DNA of 64,000 nt from Octopus bimaculoides (Eukaryota). Below the pieces are notes generated by a model. The model saw nothing but the letters and a program-made list of their open reading frames with translations, was not told where the DNA came from and made no database searches. The translations under genes were made by a program, and so were the position numbers. Below, in pieces: positions 1 to 13,125 of this stretch. Each line of letters opens with the position of its first letter. The stretch's first letter is position 1. The stretch lies in the NCBI RefSeq assembly GCF_001194135.2, contig NC_068994.1:36495767-36559766 (forward strand). Direction: 5' to 3'.

Positions 1-982
1 AATATTTATACAATGAGTGTTAACATATAAAGATAAGTAAAATAAAACAAAAAGAAAGAAGCATGAATGAACAAGTCAGTATATCTCAGTACACGGAGAC
101 ATTAGCAGCAGTATCAGGATAAAGAAAAACTGTGGTTCTCGACTGGTTTGTCTGTGTGTCTGTGTGCATGTATGTGAGAGTGTGTGTGTGACATGCATAT
201 AGATGCACACATACATACATTTATACATACATACAGACTGGAATATCCACACAAAAGTACTTGTATCTTTATATATATTATGTAAATGCAATTATTATTG
301 AAATAATTATATACATGGTGATAGTAATTAACAAGGAATAAAATTAAATGCATAAAATTGGAGGAAAATAGTGTCATACCCACAAGACAAATTTTTGCAA
401 GAACTTTATTTGTGGGTTATAATATTAAATGGATATTTATTTTTTTTTTAAATAGTTATGATATTAAAAAGATCATTGCTAGAAATCTAAGGAGCAGGAG
501 TAATCATTCTAATTACTGGCAGTTAACTTTATGAGGATAATGATTTTGATGCATTGGCAAGTTAAATTCCGAAGCATTTTTAGGACTTCAAGTTATACAA
601 TAATATTTAGATGTTATGAGTATTTTGTATATACACAAATGATATTCACACTTTTCACACCCATATGATTTTGCTGAACTTAGAATACCCTAGTTGAGTT
701 TAAATTTGATGACTTTACATCTGAAGTTCCATAGGTATTCTAAAAGTGATGTTAAATCCTTTAATATGGGATTAGGGAAAGAGTGGTACTGCAAAGAATA
801 CTTGATTTTAAACAAATAGGAAGTAAATCTTATATGTTGCCTAATCCCATTATGAGGAGTGACAGGAGTTGAGAAATACCAGGTCCTGGTATTTCTCAAC
901 TCCTTGATTTCTTTGTTAGCCAATCTATATCATATGGTATTACAAAATCTATGATCTTGAATTATTTGTTATCATTAATATA

Positions 983-1190
983 GTGGCAAGCAGGAAGAAT
1001 TGTTAGGGTGTCTGATAAAATGCTTTACAGTATTTGTTGTAGCTCTTTATGTTCTGAGTTCGAACCCCACCTAAGTCAACTTTGCCTTTCATTCTTTTGA
1101 TAAACTAAAATACAAGTCAAGTACTGGAATCAGTGGTATTAACTAATCTCCTCTTGTCAAAATTGCAGGCCTAATGCCTAAGTCAGAATC
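983..1190 (+). mobile_element. Dispersed SINE-like repeat, family B
   Basis: B-box-like GTTCGAACCC followed by GTCAACTTTGCCTTTCAT. Homologous to copies at 3623, 39430, 58580 and 62270. Confidence 0.6.
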
Positions 1191-2543
1191 CAATTTATTC
1201 TATACTTGCTCTGTCACTCTGTCTCTCTCTATATATATATATTACTCACATACATGCACTTGTGTGTGTACACATGTGCATGTTCTTGATTTGTAGTGGC
1301 AAATGAATAATAGTAAAGATTTGAATATTGGTAATATCCCATCAGTGATCACAGTTCATGAACTAAGTTGCAGTAAGAATTGGCCATAAACAAAAATTTT
1401 ATCTCCAGTTTGTGTGCCTGTATTTGTGCATGTATATATTTAAGTATGTGAACATGTAGTTATGTATGTTTGTATGTGTAGATATATTTATGCATTTTGT
1501 ACATAAGACAAATAGTCCAATTGGACTAAAGTTAAGATGTTACTAAACATGTTCCCATAATCATACTAACACACAAACTTCAGAAACAATCTTATTTATT
1601 TAATATGGAGATTCATTTTCTACAAGTGCATGATTTTGTACATAGATGATGAAAAATATCATTTTAAGATTATCAATACTGAAAGTATAATAATGAAAAA
1701 CAAATTATTTACAGAAATAGTTCATCTATATTAAAATATCATTTTCCAACAGGAAACAAGATTTTACAGGTCTCTTCCTATAATTTAATAATAGTTAAAA
1801 AGAAATGGATTCAGTTTCATCTCAGGTACCGATTTTATGTTTATGTTGGTCATGTGTTTTATTCTGAAGAATTGGTAGTCAAGAGTGAAACTGACTGAGA
1901 AATGTAGAGAAAAAATTCCTCAATTAACTTTGTGGAGATTGCATCAAATTAGTTGTGGTAAATTAATCAATCACTTTATCTTGAAGGTAAATATCTCCTT
2001 TACAAACTCACTATTAATGAAGCCTTGATTTGAAATCAATACTCTAGTGTATGTGGATGATAGATCCTAATAAGCGATTGCTTTAGATTGTCATACAGCA
2101 GTTTTCCTTTTTTGTAAATCATATATCTGTAATCAGTTTTGATGTGGGAGAGAAAAATGTAATCAGTTTTGATGTAGTGACAAATTGTGATTCTTTGCTT
2201 CTTGATCCTATCAATGATTTCATGAGGTGTCCATTTGCTTAATTTATTTCCCTTTTATGTTTGGTGCAAAATAGGGGAAATACCTTCATTACTAATGTTA
2301 GAATTTCTGTGAAATCTTCTTAAAGTCTTTATACCAAATGACTTATCTGCCTGTTCATATGTATGTATGTGTGTTTGCATGTGTTCTATATTTATACTTA
2401 TATATAAGTATATACATACATATAAATATATGTACATGTGCAAATATATGTGTGTATTCAAGTGGTTTTGTGTGTGTGTATGCACATACACACATATACA
2501 CAACATCCACACATTTGTACACCCAGAAGCATACATATGTACG

Positions 2544-2592
<49 letters not shown>

Positions 2593-3622
2593 TTTTCTTG
2601 GGAGCAGTAAATTTGTGTTGATGAATGTAATCAAGCAGAATGTAGTTAACAGTTTCAGTTTCATTACTCTTCTAAGCTGAAAAAATTCAGTAAATGTATC
2701 CACACTTATCTTGGTTAGTACTGATATATCCCTTACAATCTTTGTTTTCTATGGTATGTTGCAGAAAGGATTGGATTGAGAATATTGATTCATCTTTATG
2801 AGTTTAAAGCCCTTGATAAGGCAGAATTTTGTTTATTGGGATGTTCCATTTTTCAGGTTTCAAATAACGTCAGACTACTACAGTATCTGTTTGGAAGCCT
2901 CTTTCAATCACCTATTAGATAGGCCATAGTTTACCTTGATGCCATTTCTCTACATGACTGTAGAACTATTTCTTGTGGAAGTTTGGCATTTCTGGAAATG
3001 TTCCTTCAGTTTTGACATGGTGGACTTGATGGTAGTTTATGTGAACGTTGTGGTTGTCAAGGTAACAAGTGCTTCTGAAAACAAAATGGAGGAATAAAAG
3101 GTGGTGGCATAAAGAAAAGGTGACTAATGGAATTCATTTAGTATTTGAAGCTCATGTTAGCTGATTTTGACTTGAATTAGATCTAAAGGTGAACAAGATA
3201 TTGGTGCATTATGACTATCCACATGGCTAAACAGTTAGATATGACTAGCACCTACATATGTTTCATAAATTATTATTGCTGGGGTATAGTTTGGTTACTT
3301 GACATATTTTGTAGAATGGGCAATTAACTTGAATCAGAGTATCTCTCCATTGTTAATATGTAATCTTACATACTGTGAGTGATGTCTTTTACCTTATTCT
3401 ACAAGATATCTGTAGCATTGTAATGGAGGTTGTCCAAATGAACATGGAATTCATTTCGTTGGCAACTCTGATGTACCTCCTCCAAATTCAGTTATGTTTT
3501 CTTTTAGTTGAGATTACATCTATATCTTCTATATCTATTAAACTGAACTGAAAGGTCGCATGTGAATGAATCAGGCATGACTAAAATCAAATTTCTACAA
3601 ACCTATACTATCTTTTAGGTAT

Positions 3623-3840
3623 ATTGATTTCAAATTTTGGTACAAGGCCAGCAATTTTGGGAGAGGGAGAAGTTGATTACATTGACTTCAGTGCTCAACT
3701 AGAACTTATTTCATCAATCCCGAGTGGATGAAAGGCAAAGTTGACCTTGGTGGAATTTGAACTCAGAATATAAAGCTAGATGAAATACTGTTAAGCATTT
3801 TGCTTGGTATGTTAATGATTCTACCAGCTTGTTGCCTTAA
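3623..3840 (-). mobile_element. SINE-like repeat, family B
   Basis: Reverse complement of the 983 copy (GATGAAAGGCAAAGTTGAC...ATTTGAACTCAGAA). Co-linear with 58580-58795. Confidence 0.65.
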
Positions 3841-4610
3841 TCTTTTAGATATATTGAAAAGAGAAACGCAACAAAATTAATTGGCTAAGTATGACTGTTA
3901 AGAAAAAAAGTTTCTTACTAACTCATTTAAATAAAATGGAAAATTATTGAAAAATGTAAACTTTACAAGAATAAAAGCAAAAATGTTATCATTGTACAGC
4001 AGAGAAAAGAAAAATTCCAAAACGAAGGCATATATCACCAGATCAGAAATATCTAAGAGATTAAGACACTTAAAGGAGCATCTGTTGTAGAATTGTGTTA
4101 CATCACCTTTACCTGATTAATAAAAAATGGACAGGCATGCGCTTATGCACCTTTTATATTTTGCATCATTTCGCTAACCTTATTCTATTTTTTTTCTCAT
4201 TTTCACCCTTTTCTATATTCTTTACCCCCCCCCCCACTACCCTCACTCTTCTCCTACAGCTAATATGTTTTATTCTCCTTTAATGCTGATAAAGTTGATG
4301 TTTCTATCCCTTTTAAGACTATATTTCACATATTTTTTCTAGCTTTGATTTTTCACTATTACATTCTCTTATTTTACTATACTGCTTACATCAACATACA
4401 AGATGTTTCAAATGAAATATCTAATTTTGACCGTCTCAGAATTATATACCTTTACAGAAGCAGAAGTAGTTTTTTTTTTTTCATAAGATTTCAAAATTTG
4501 GTTTACAGATCAGGCCTATTGAAGTGCTTTATTGCATACAATGATTAGTACTCTAAAGTAGACAGTTTGTAATTTGTATTTTTTCTCTCTCTGTCTCATT
4601 CTCTCTCTCA

Positions 4611-4644
<34 letters not shown>

Positions 4645-5180
4645 ATGCACAATATATGGATTATGTAATTGTAATATTCTATAGATCTGAAGAGCTAGCC
4701 TTCTATATCTGTACTAGTTTGTAAAATGTACGACAGACCTATGCAATTCATGACATACTAGTGCAAACATGTGAAATAATTTATTATACACTACAATCAA
4801 TTATCTTTCCACGATGCTGGTTGTGAAATGATAATAATCTTATGGATATCAACTGGTGAAGTAAATATATTCATCTTGTTTCTCCTGACTTCCTTTATCT
4901 TATATATACACACACACACACATATGGTGTTCCATTCCTTTATTAGTTTCAGGTATTAGATTGTGGCTGTGCTGGGTCACTGGCTTCAAAGTTTTAGTCA
5001 ATTATATTATTACTAGTGCTTTGTCTTTTACTTTTTTTTTTTACTTTTATTTACTGTACCTTTATCATCTCCAAAGAAAAGTTATTGATCTTGCTCTAAA
5101 TGATGATAACTTGACAGGAACTAAATGTTGCTAAGTATTTTTTATCTCATAAACACATTTTGTCCACTGCATACTGATTC

Positions 5181-5232
<52 letters not shown>

Positions 5233-5521
5233 TACACACACACACATGCGCACACACATCTCATCTAGTGAATTTCAATGTAGTTTCAATATACCGGGTT
5301 TCACTTACAAGGGTTTGTTCAACCTAAGGTTTTGGTATAAGACACTACCCAGATCTTTATGCAGCAGGTTTAGCTTTTGAACCATATTGTTAGAAACTGA
5401 AATTCTTAACTCCACATTGATGTTAGCATCGATAAACAAATTCGTGTGTGTATATGTGTGTCTATCTATTTATCTATCGGTCTGTGTGCATACACACACA
5501 CACATACATATAGATAGATAG

Positions 5522-5576
<55 letters not shown>

Positions 5577-6829
5577 CATATATATAGAGTAGAAGTGCTA
5601 AGTAATATGTATAAATACAAACTTATTACCAGTTCAAATAGGCTTGGGACATATTCAAACCCATAATAAAGCCACACACACACACGTATATTTTATATAC
5701 AGCTATTATATAACGAACAAAATTATGAAACAGATGTAAATGAATGGAATCAACATTTACTCTCTCACCTCATTTCTCTTATATGTTCTATATATATGTG
5801 TGTGTACACATAAATACCCAGGAATTAAAAAATTACACTTTCTACAATTCAGACATGTTTTGAAACTAAGGCTCTCACAGTGATAAATATATGTTATAAG
5901 TATTTTATTATTGTATTTCCCCATTACATTATATTTTGACCAAACTGAAATCATAAGCCAGTTGAAGGCACAGTTTGTGAAGATTAGAACTGATATAGGT
6001 TAACTGTCACCATTATAGTCATGGTTTTCTTTGACATGTCAGTAATATTGCTCTGCAGATTACACTAAATATAAAGGAAAATGTTTCCTTTGGTCTTTGT
6101 AGTGACTGACACTCGGGCTGATTGTCATAAAGACATACCAGTTATACTTGCATTGGTGCTGTTACTGACAGCTTTATACGTTTTGCCATCAGATTTTGGA
6201 ATATTTTATTGACAGATTTTTTTTTTTTTTTTTACCAGGCATATTTCTGATGTTTATGTCTAACCAAAGGTGATTAGAATCGAAAGTAAGTGTTTCTGAA
6301 ATGTACTCTAGCCTTTGAAATGGTTAATAAGGAAGTTTCGATCAAGTTAATTGCCAAATGAACATATTTTTATATTTAGTTAGAATGTTATATCTTTTTG
6401 ATTGAACAGTAATAATGAAGGTATTATATTTCAAAAGTTTATCTCAATGCCCATGCATATATAAGCATCAACTTTTTAAAGTGTATACCAAAACCTTACT
6501 TCCAACTAAAAATTTTTTCAGTTTTCTGGGATTTTTTTCTCTTTTGCTTTATAGCAACATACACAGTAATCTGTGTAAAATATTAAACATCCTATGTACT
6601 ATTCAGATTGCATTGAAATTTTTAAATTCTTTACTAACTACTTCATTGTGATTTATACACCACACGCTTCCAGTTCAAGGAGTGTTCATAAATAAGCCTC
6701 CTTTACAAATAAATCTTGCTGGATATGAACCAATATACATTTTGAAACAACAAACTAACTACCTAAATAAATATATAAAAAAAAAAGACAAACATCAACC
6801 ATGTGTATACATATATGGATACAGTATAT

Positions 6830-7010
<181 letters not shown>

Positions 7011-7385
7011 TTCAGTTATTCGATTGAAGTATGTTCGTGCCTAGATAATACAAAATACATTTTTGTTTATAGGAGTTATGTTTAGATACACTAGCTGCTC
7101 CTTGTGGAAACACTACAAATCCCTTATTCAATTAGCAGCAGATTATTTTTTTAGACAGAAGAGAATTTTCTTCCCTTTATATTCCTGGTCATTCTATTGG
7201 TATTTGCTAATCAAAGCTGGCATTGTGGGAGATGTATATTGTCCATATCACTTTTGCCTCCAGTGGTAACATGTGGTCCTTTGTTCTACTGGGTTCTTGC
7301 TGATAAGCATTAATGTGTATTCGTGTACATGTGAACATACATACACATTGATATAACTGTGTGCGTGTCTATTTGTATAATTATA

Positions 7386-7420
<35 letters not shown>

Positions 7421-8141
7421 TTTTTTTTACATAAATACATATATGTATGTGTGTGTATATATATCTGTGGAAAAATGGGCATTAAAACAATGATAATACA
7501 CATCCACAAGCACATATTTGCATACATGTGTGCATGTTTCTTTTCTTACTGAGAGGTAGTTATTGTAATTATGAGTCCCACATTCATTCTATCAGAGGTA
7601 GAAAAATGGGAACAATGAAAGCACACATGCATGCACATGCATATGTATGCACAAAATGCATATATGCAAATAATCAGTAGAACAATAAACCAGATGTTAC
7701 CAATCAAGGTGGATATTATAAGTATATATATATATTTATATATATATGTATATATATATGTATGTGGGGGGGGGTATGTATGTGTGGGTGAGTGTAATTT
7801 TATAATTATCTTAATATGAAGATTAAGAAGATCAGTCGTACAATAAAGAACTCAATTTATAAACGTAGAGTAAGAATATTTTTTTTACCATGTGTGTCCC
7901 ATGATGTTGTTAATCTAAGTCTACTCTATCACTTTAAACTGTACTGCTTATGTCTAAATACAGTATGTGTGTCTTAGAGAAAGTGACAGAGGGAGAGAAA
8001 GATAAAGAGCCAGATTGACAGAGTATAGAAGGAAGAGAGATAATATTAGACTGAAAATTTTAATTTAGCTTCTGCCAATTCTAGTCCTTCAAATTTAATT
8101 CTGTGTTTCTTGGGCTTGTGCACATACATGTTCATATACAT

Positions 8142-8177
<36 letters not shown>

Positions 8178-9519
8178 TCTCTCTCTCTCTCTCTCTCTCT
8201 TGTATGGAAACAAAACATCACTTTGGGTTTGATCTCACAGCACTGACACTTTGACAATGTATCCTTTGCTATTTTCCTGGGCTGACTGATGTCCTTGTGA
8301 GTGAAATTTTGTAGATGGATAAAAACAGACCCATCCCTTTCTCTCTTTCTTTCTCTATGTTTCTCTTTCTCTCTCTATGTTTCTCTTTCTCTCTTCTCTC
8401 TCTCACATGCACAAATGTATATATATATATAATCACCATCACCATCTTCAACAACATTTTAATGTCCACTTTTAAAAACTTGTGTGGGTTAGGTAAAATA
8501 GTTTGAGGCAGATGGTTTTCGACTGGACACTTTTTTTTAGTTGCCAAATCCTCTTATGTTTACTCAAGTTACAAACAATGAATAACTCAGTGGCTGAATA
8601 TGTTTTCATGGTAGATTGCAAACGTATGCCACCATTTGTATGAAGAGGGACTTTGTGCCTTTGCAGGTTTTGACATATGCACAATGATTGTAAACAAATG
8701 CAACACTTTCTGTCTGTCTGTCTTGCTACCTCTCTCACTCTTTCTCACACACACACACTCACATGCGCACATAATGGGCTTCTTACAGTTTCTATCTACC
8801 AAATTCAATCACAAGGCATTGGTCATGGCTGTGAAGCAAACTTCCTAACCAGACTGATATATACCTGTGTGCATACGTATCTATGTGTGTGTAAGGTTTG
8901 CGGGAGGGTGCCTCTGTCTGCATGTCTTTATATTATCACCATATTAGCAAAATCACTTGTTTACATCTCCTGTAAACAATACATGTAGTTTTAATATACA
9001 TAAACAGACCAGTGAAATAAATGATACAAATCTTGAAAAACAAGTCAATGTTGACAACAGAAAGACCCCAGACTCATGCAACTCATATATTATCAGGGAG
9101 AAGCCATAAATAAGAATTGATGGTGATGTTGTATTGTCATTTTAGCCCTCATCTTTATCATTGTGCCTCTGATCATATTTACCATTAGCTAACCTCCACT
9201 TTTTCCCCTTTCACTAAATTCACTCTCACTCTCCCATAGCTTTTACTCACCCACTGTTCCTGATATTATGTCTGTGTACTCTCTTTTTAACACCTTCAGT
9301 ATCTTGTGGGTACGCTCTGATACCTCATCACTATTATCTTTGTTTCTTTTTCCATTTCCACCCTATCTACTCTTCCCGATCCATATATAATGTAAGGTAG
9401 TCATGATTCTCCTCCTCTGCAACAAACAGCTCCTATCCTTCCTATCATACTTTAACCCTTCAACACTGATATAAAGCTACCTCACTCTCTACTGTTCTCC
9501 CTGCCATCCAAAAGACTCT

Positions 9520-9750
9520 TTATTCATGCAAGCTACAAAGCAACCTCATAAGTGCTGGTACCTTGAAAAATGTATTCAGCATACTCTGTAAAATGGTTGG
9601 CATTAAGAAGGCCATCCTGCTGTAAAAACCATTCCGAAACTGAAACATTAGAGCATGATGTGGTCCTCTGATCCAGTTGCTCACATCCTGTTGAGTAAAC
9701 CAACCCATGCCACAGCATAGATAACAGATGATAGGATAATGCTATATGCA
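9520..9750 (+). mobile_element. Dispersed repeat family C (SINE/LINE-tail-like, normally ending in a GAT-type tail)
   Basis: Shares AAGG(C/G)CATCC(T/A)GCTGTAAAA and AACCCATGCC...AGCAT motifs with 26040-26235; reverse complements at 22310, 24790, 33405 and 56320. Confidence 0.5.
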
Positions 9751-10569
9751 TAAATAAAATATCCACATACATACATCCATACACAAACATGTGTCTGCAT
9801 GCCTGCTTTTGTGTTCTACTCTTTCAGAGAAACCCAATGTAGTCAGTGAAATATTTTGGCTAAGGTACTCTTAAGCATAAACCCTTTTGCTTGGTCTGTT
9901 TATGGGCTCAAGAAGTAGAAGAGTTTTTTTCGTTATCGCATCATCATTTAAAAAAAAAAACTCCTTATTAATGGAAGACAAACTATATGATAATACTGTG
10001 CATGCAGGAGAAACAGATATTCATATGGAGATGAATGCACCTGCATGCATACAAACAAGATATGTCAAACTCACACATTTGATAGAAAATGTGCATTCAC
10101 AAACTTACTTTTACATTATCTTTAAAGAGCTAATTTCTGTTCTATGCAATTTTAAAACTTATGAATCAAATTTGTTTTGAAAGTTATAGCTGAAAATAAA
10201 ACAAACAAAAAAGAACTAAGAAAAATTTGCATTTCATGCTCTCTCTCCCTCTTTCTCTCTCCCTTTCTTTCTCTCTCCCTTTCTTTCTCTTTCTCTCTCT
10301 TGCATATCCATGTTTTTATGCTGATTGTAAACAATGGCTTATATATATCCTAGGAAAATTTCCTAGCATATAGATATATCACTATATGTGGATTGTTGGT
10401 GATTTTTTTTTTCTCCATCTTCCTTTTCTCTTGGACTTTCCTCTGTATCCTGTTTCTGAAGAAGATCTTTGCTTGAAACATAAAACACCCTTTTTTTCCT
10501 TCCCTGAACATCTTATTAATACTTCGCATGTACCACATCCTCGCATTGTTTTTCTTTTTTTTCTGTTTT

Positions 10570-10610
<41 letters not shown>

Positions 10611-10947
10611 GTTTTACTAATAGTTCTTTTTACCATCCTTCCATCTTATCATAGAGAATCTTCATATATCTATCTTTACACACACTTTTTAAAATTAATC
10701 TATTCTGAGTGGGGCTTCCCCCACTCACTCCTGAATTTTCTTACATATGTATACGCTTTTTCATTGGAAGTACTTTTCTATGTATGTACAAAAACATGAA
10801 TGTTTTTCCAAATAAACTTCACTTCATGTTTAAAGCTCCAGTGGGTAATACTCAAGCACTCAGCTATGAGTGCATTGCACCATATAGCAGAAACATCTGT
10901 AAGCTAATAAACATAATTGTCATCCCAGTTTCTTATCTGTATATATA

Positions 10948-11159
10948 CAGGGTGTCCTCAAGGTCTGGGTACATGGAGTAAATAAGATCCTAACATAAAC
11001 AATTAAATATAAGAAATAATAATTTCTTAAAGTATGTGTGAATCCCCATGTGGATACATGGAGTAAATAAAATCATAATATAAACAATTAAATATAAGAA
11101 ATAATAATTTCTTAAAGTATGTGTTAATCCCCATGTACCCAGGCTTTGTGGATACCCTG
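10948..11159. mobile_element. Tc1/mariner-type MITE with an internal head-to-tail dimer
   Basis: About 29-bp TIRs CAGGGTGTCCTCAAGGTCTGGGTACATGG / CCATGTACCCAGGCTTTGTGGATACCCTG, TA on both flanks, two copies of an ~83-bp AT-rich core. Second copy at 56101. Confidence 0.85.
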
Positions 11160-11189
11160 TATATATATATATATTTATTTATTTATATT

Positions 11190-11573
11190 TTGTCTTTCAC
11201 TTGTTTTAGTCATTAGACTGCAGCTATGCTGTTGTGGCAGCACCTTGAAGAATTTTTAGTCAAATGAATTGACCCCACTGCTTATCTTTTTGTTACACCT
11301 GGTTCTTATTCCATCAGTTTCTTTTTTGCCAAACCGCTAAGTTACAGAGATGTAAACACATCAACACCTGTTGTTAAGTAGTGGCGTGGGACAAACATGG
11401 ACATAAAGACACATACTTGCACACACAGTTTCCATCTATCAAATCCACTCACAAGGCTTTGGTCAGCCCGAGGCTATAGTAGAAGTCACTTGCCCAAGTG
11501 TCCATGCAGTGGGACTGAACTTGGAACCATGTAGTTGGTAAGCAAGCTACTTACTACACAGCCACTCCTGCAC
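11190..11573 (-). mobile_element. tRNA-derived SINE, family A, near full length
   Basis: Minus strand starts GCAGGAGTGGCTGTGTAGTAAGTAGC... with B-box-like GTTCAGTCCC. Body AAAGCCTTGTGAGTGGATTTG is shared with 46684 and 58125. Confidence 0.7.
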
Positions 11574-12428
11574 CTATATAATCTACCCATATATAAATAT
11601 GGATGAAATAACTTATACTCCAATGAATGAATCTTTAATAGATTTGCAACATTGTACATCAAAGTATAGTACCAAATAGTCAAGAATGATCTCATTATTT
11701 AAATAGTTGCTCAAAAAAAAATCATAACTGAAAGACTTGCTCAGGAAACCAAACAGCCATACACATTCTTTCTTTCATTTTCCCTGTATCACAGTCTTAC
11801 ATGGACTTTGTTCTACTTACTTCACTTAATACATGGAAATATTTCCTTTCATGTTATCTTTACTTAGCTTATCTAATGATTTTGTCTGCTTTTTATGTTG
11901 GCATAAGTTTGCATCAGTAGCTGTCTGTGTTTTTAGATGGATTGGAAGACCGTACCTTATTTGTACATTTCATCTTTGATATATAGTTTCTATGGTTAAA
12001 TCCCCTTCCTAACAACAACTTTGTAGAGTGTTCTATGTGCATTTTATCATGGCATCAATACTAGAGTGGTTCTTATGTCCTCAGTTATATCAATGAGGCT
12101 CCTCTCATCCATTTTACAGTGTCTACTGGATGCATTTTATTGCAGTTACAACACTGTTAGAGATTGCTATGTACCCTCTCTGCAAAGCTAGAGAGTCCTC
12201 TACTACTCTATGATATCTCTGTTTATTTCAGGCTATGCTACCCAGTGGGTGAATACAAAAGAAAGTGAGAAGTGAGAAAGAGAGTATGATGTAACAAACA
12301 GAATGATTATTGTGAGAGAACGAGGAGGATGTAGTAGATGAATAATGGTGCTGGAATGTGTGGTGGGAGAGATACAGCAATTGCAAACTGGTATAAATAG
12401 TTCTAATGCTACCCCTTATATATAGGCA

Positions 12429-12472
<44 letters not shown>

Positions 12473-12809
12473 CGAAGGTGGTAGAATAATGGGCAAGTCT
12501 AATGTTATCCTTCATTATGCAGAAGACATGGTGTAGTGAATAGAAAGGACAGTGAGCATCAGAAAGACAAGAGGTTTAGACAGATCTGATACTTTTCCTA
12601 GTTGTATGAGCAGCATGACAGAGTGGATAATAGAGACCCACTGCTATCTCCAGTTACTTGAGCAGTATAGTACAGTAAATGAAAAAAAGGGCAGGTGAAG
12701 AAATTGTAAGAGATAGCAAGATGAATAATATAGATAGACAATAGAGTATAGAGTATCAGAGATGGAAGGTGGGAAAAGTAGATCGAGTCTTAAAGAACCC
12801 AAATGTAGA

Positions 12810-13125
12810 TGTAGTAAAGATTGTTTGCCAACATAACATGGCAGTCCCGGTTTAGGACGAATGTTGCTGTAATTTAGCCCCAGGCGACATCGTTTCCAGC
12901 TGGCTATACGACACGATCTGTGTCCTTATATTTTCGAACAAGGAAATCTAGCACCCCAACTCAGCTCAAAGCAATATCTGTGTATTGTGATTTCCAGGTT
13001 ATTTCCCTTCTGAAGGGATTGTGTCATATAGCCAGCTGGAGACGATGTCTCCTGGGGATAAATTACAGCAACATTCATCCTATACCAGGACTGCCATGTT
13101 ATGTTGGCAAACAATCTTTACTACA
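12810..13125. mobile_element. Foldback / long-TIR MITE with TGT...ACA ends (109-bp arms, 98-bp spacer)
   Basis: 12810-12918 is the reverse complement of 13017-13125 with 8 mismatches by manual alignment. No TSD is evident. Confidence 0.8.

Noticed and set aside
2128-2175. 18-bp direct repeat with 30-bp period (similar small duplications at 32821-32851 and 45329-45367)
   Set aside because: Ordinary slippage-type micro-duplications with no further structure.
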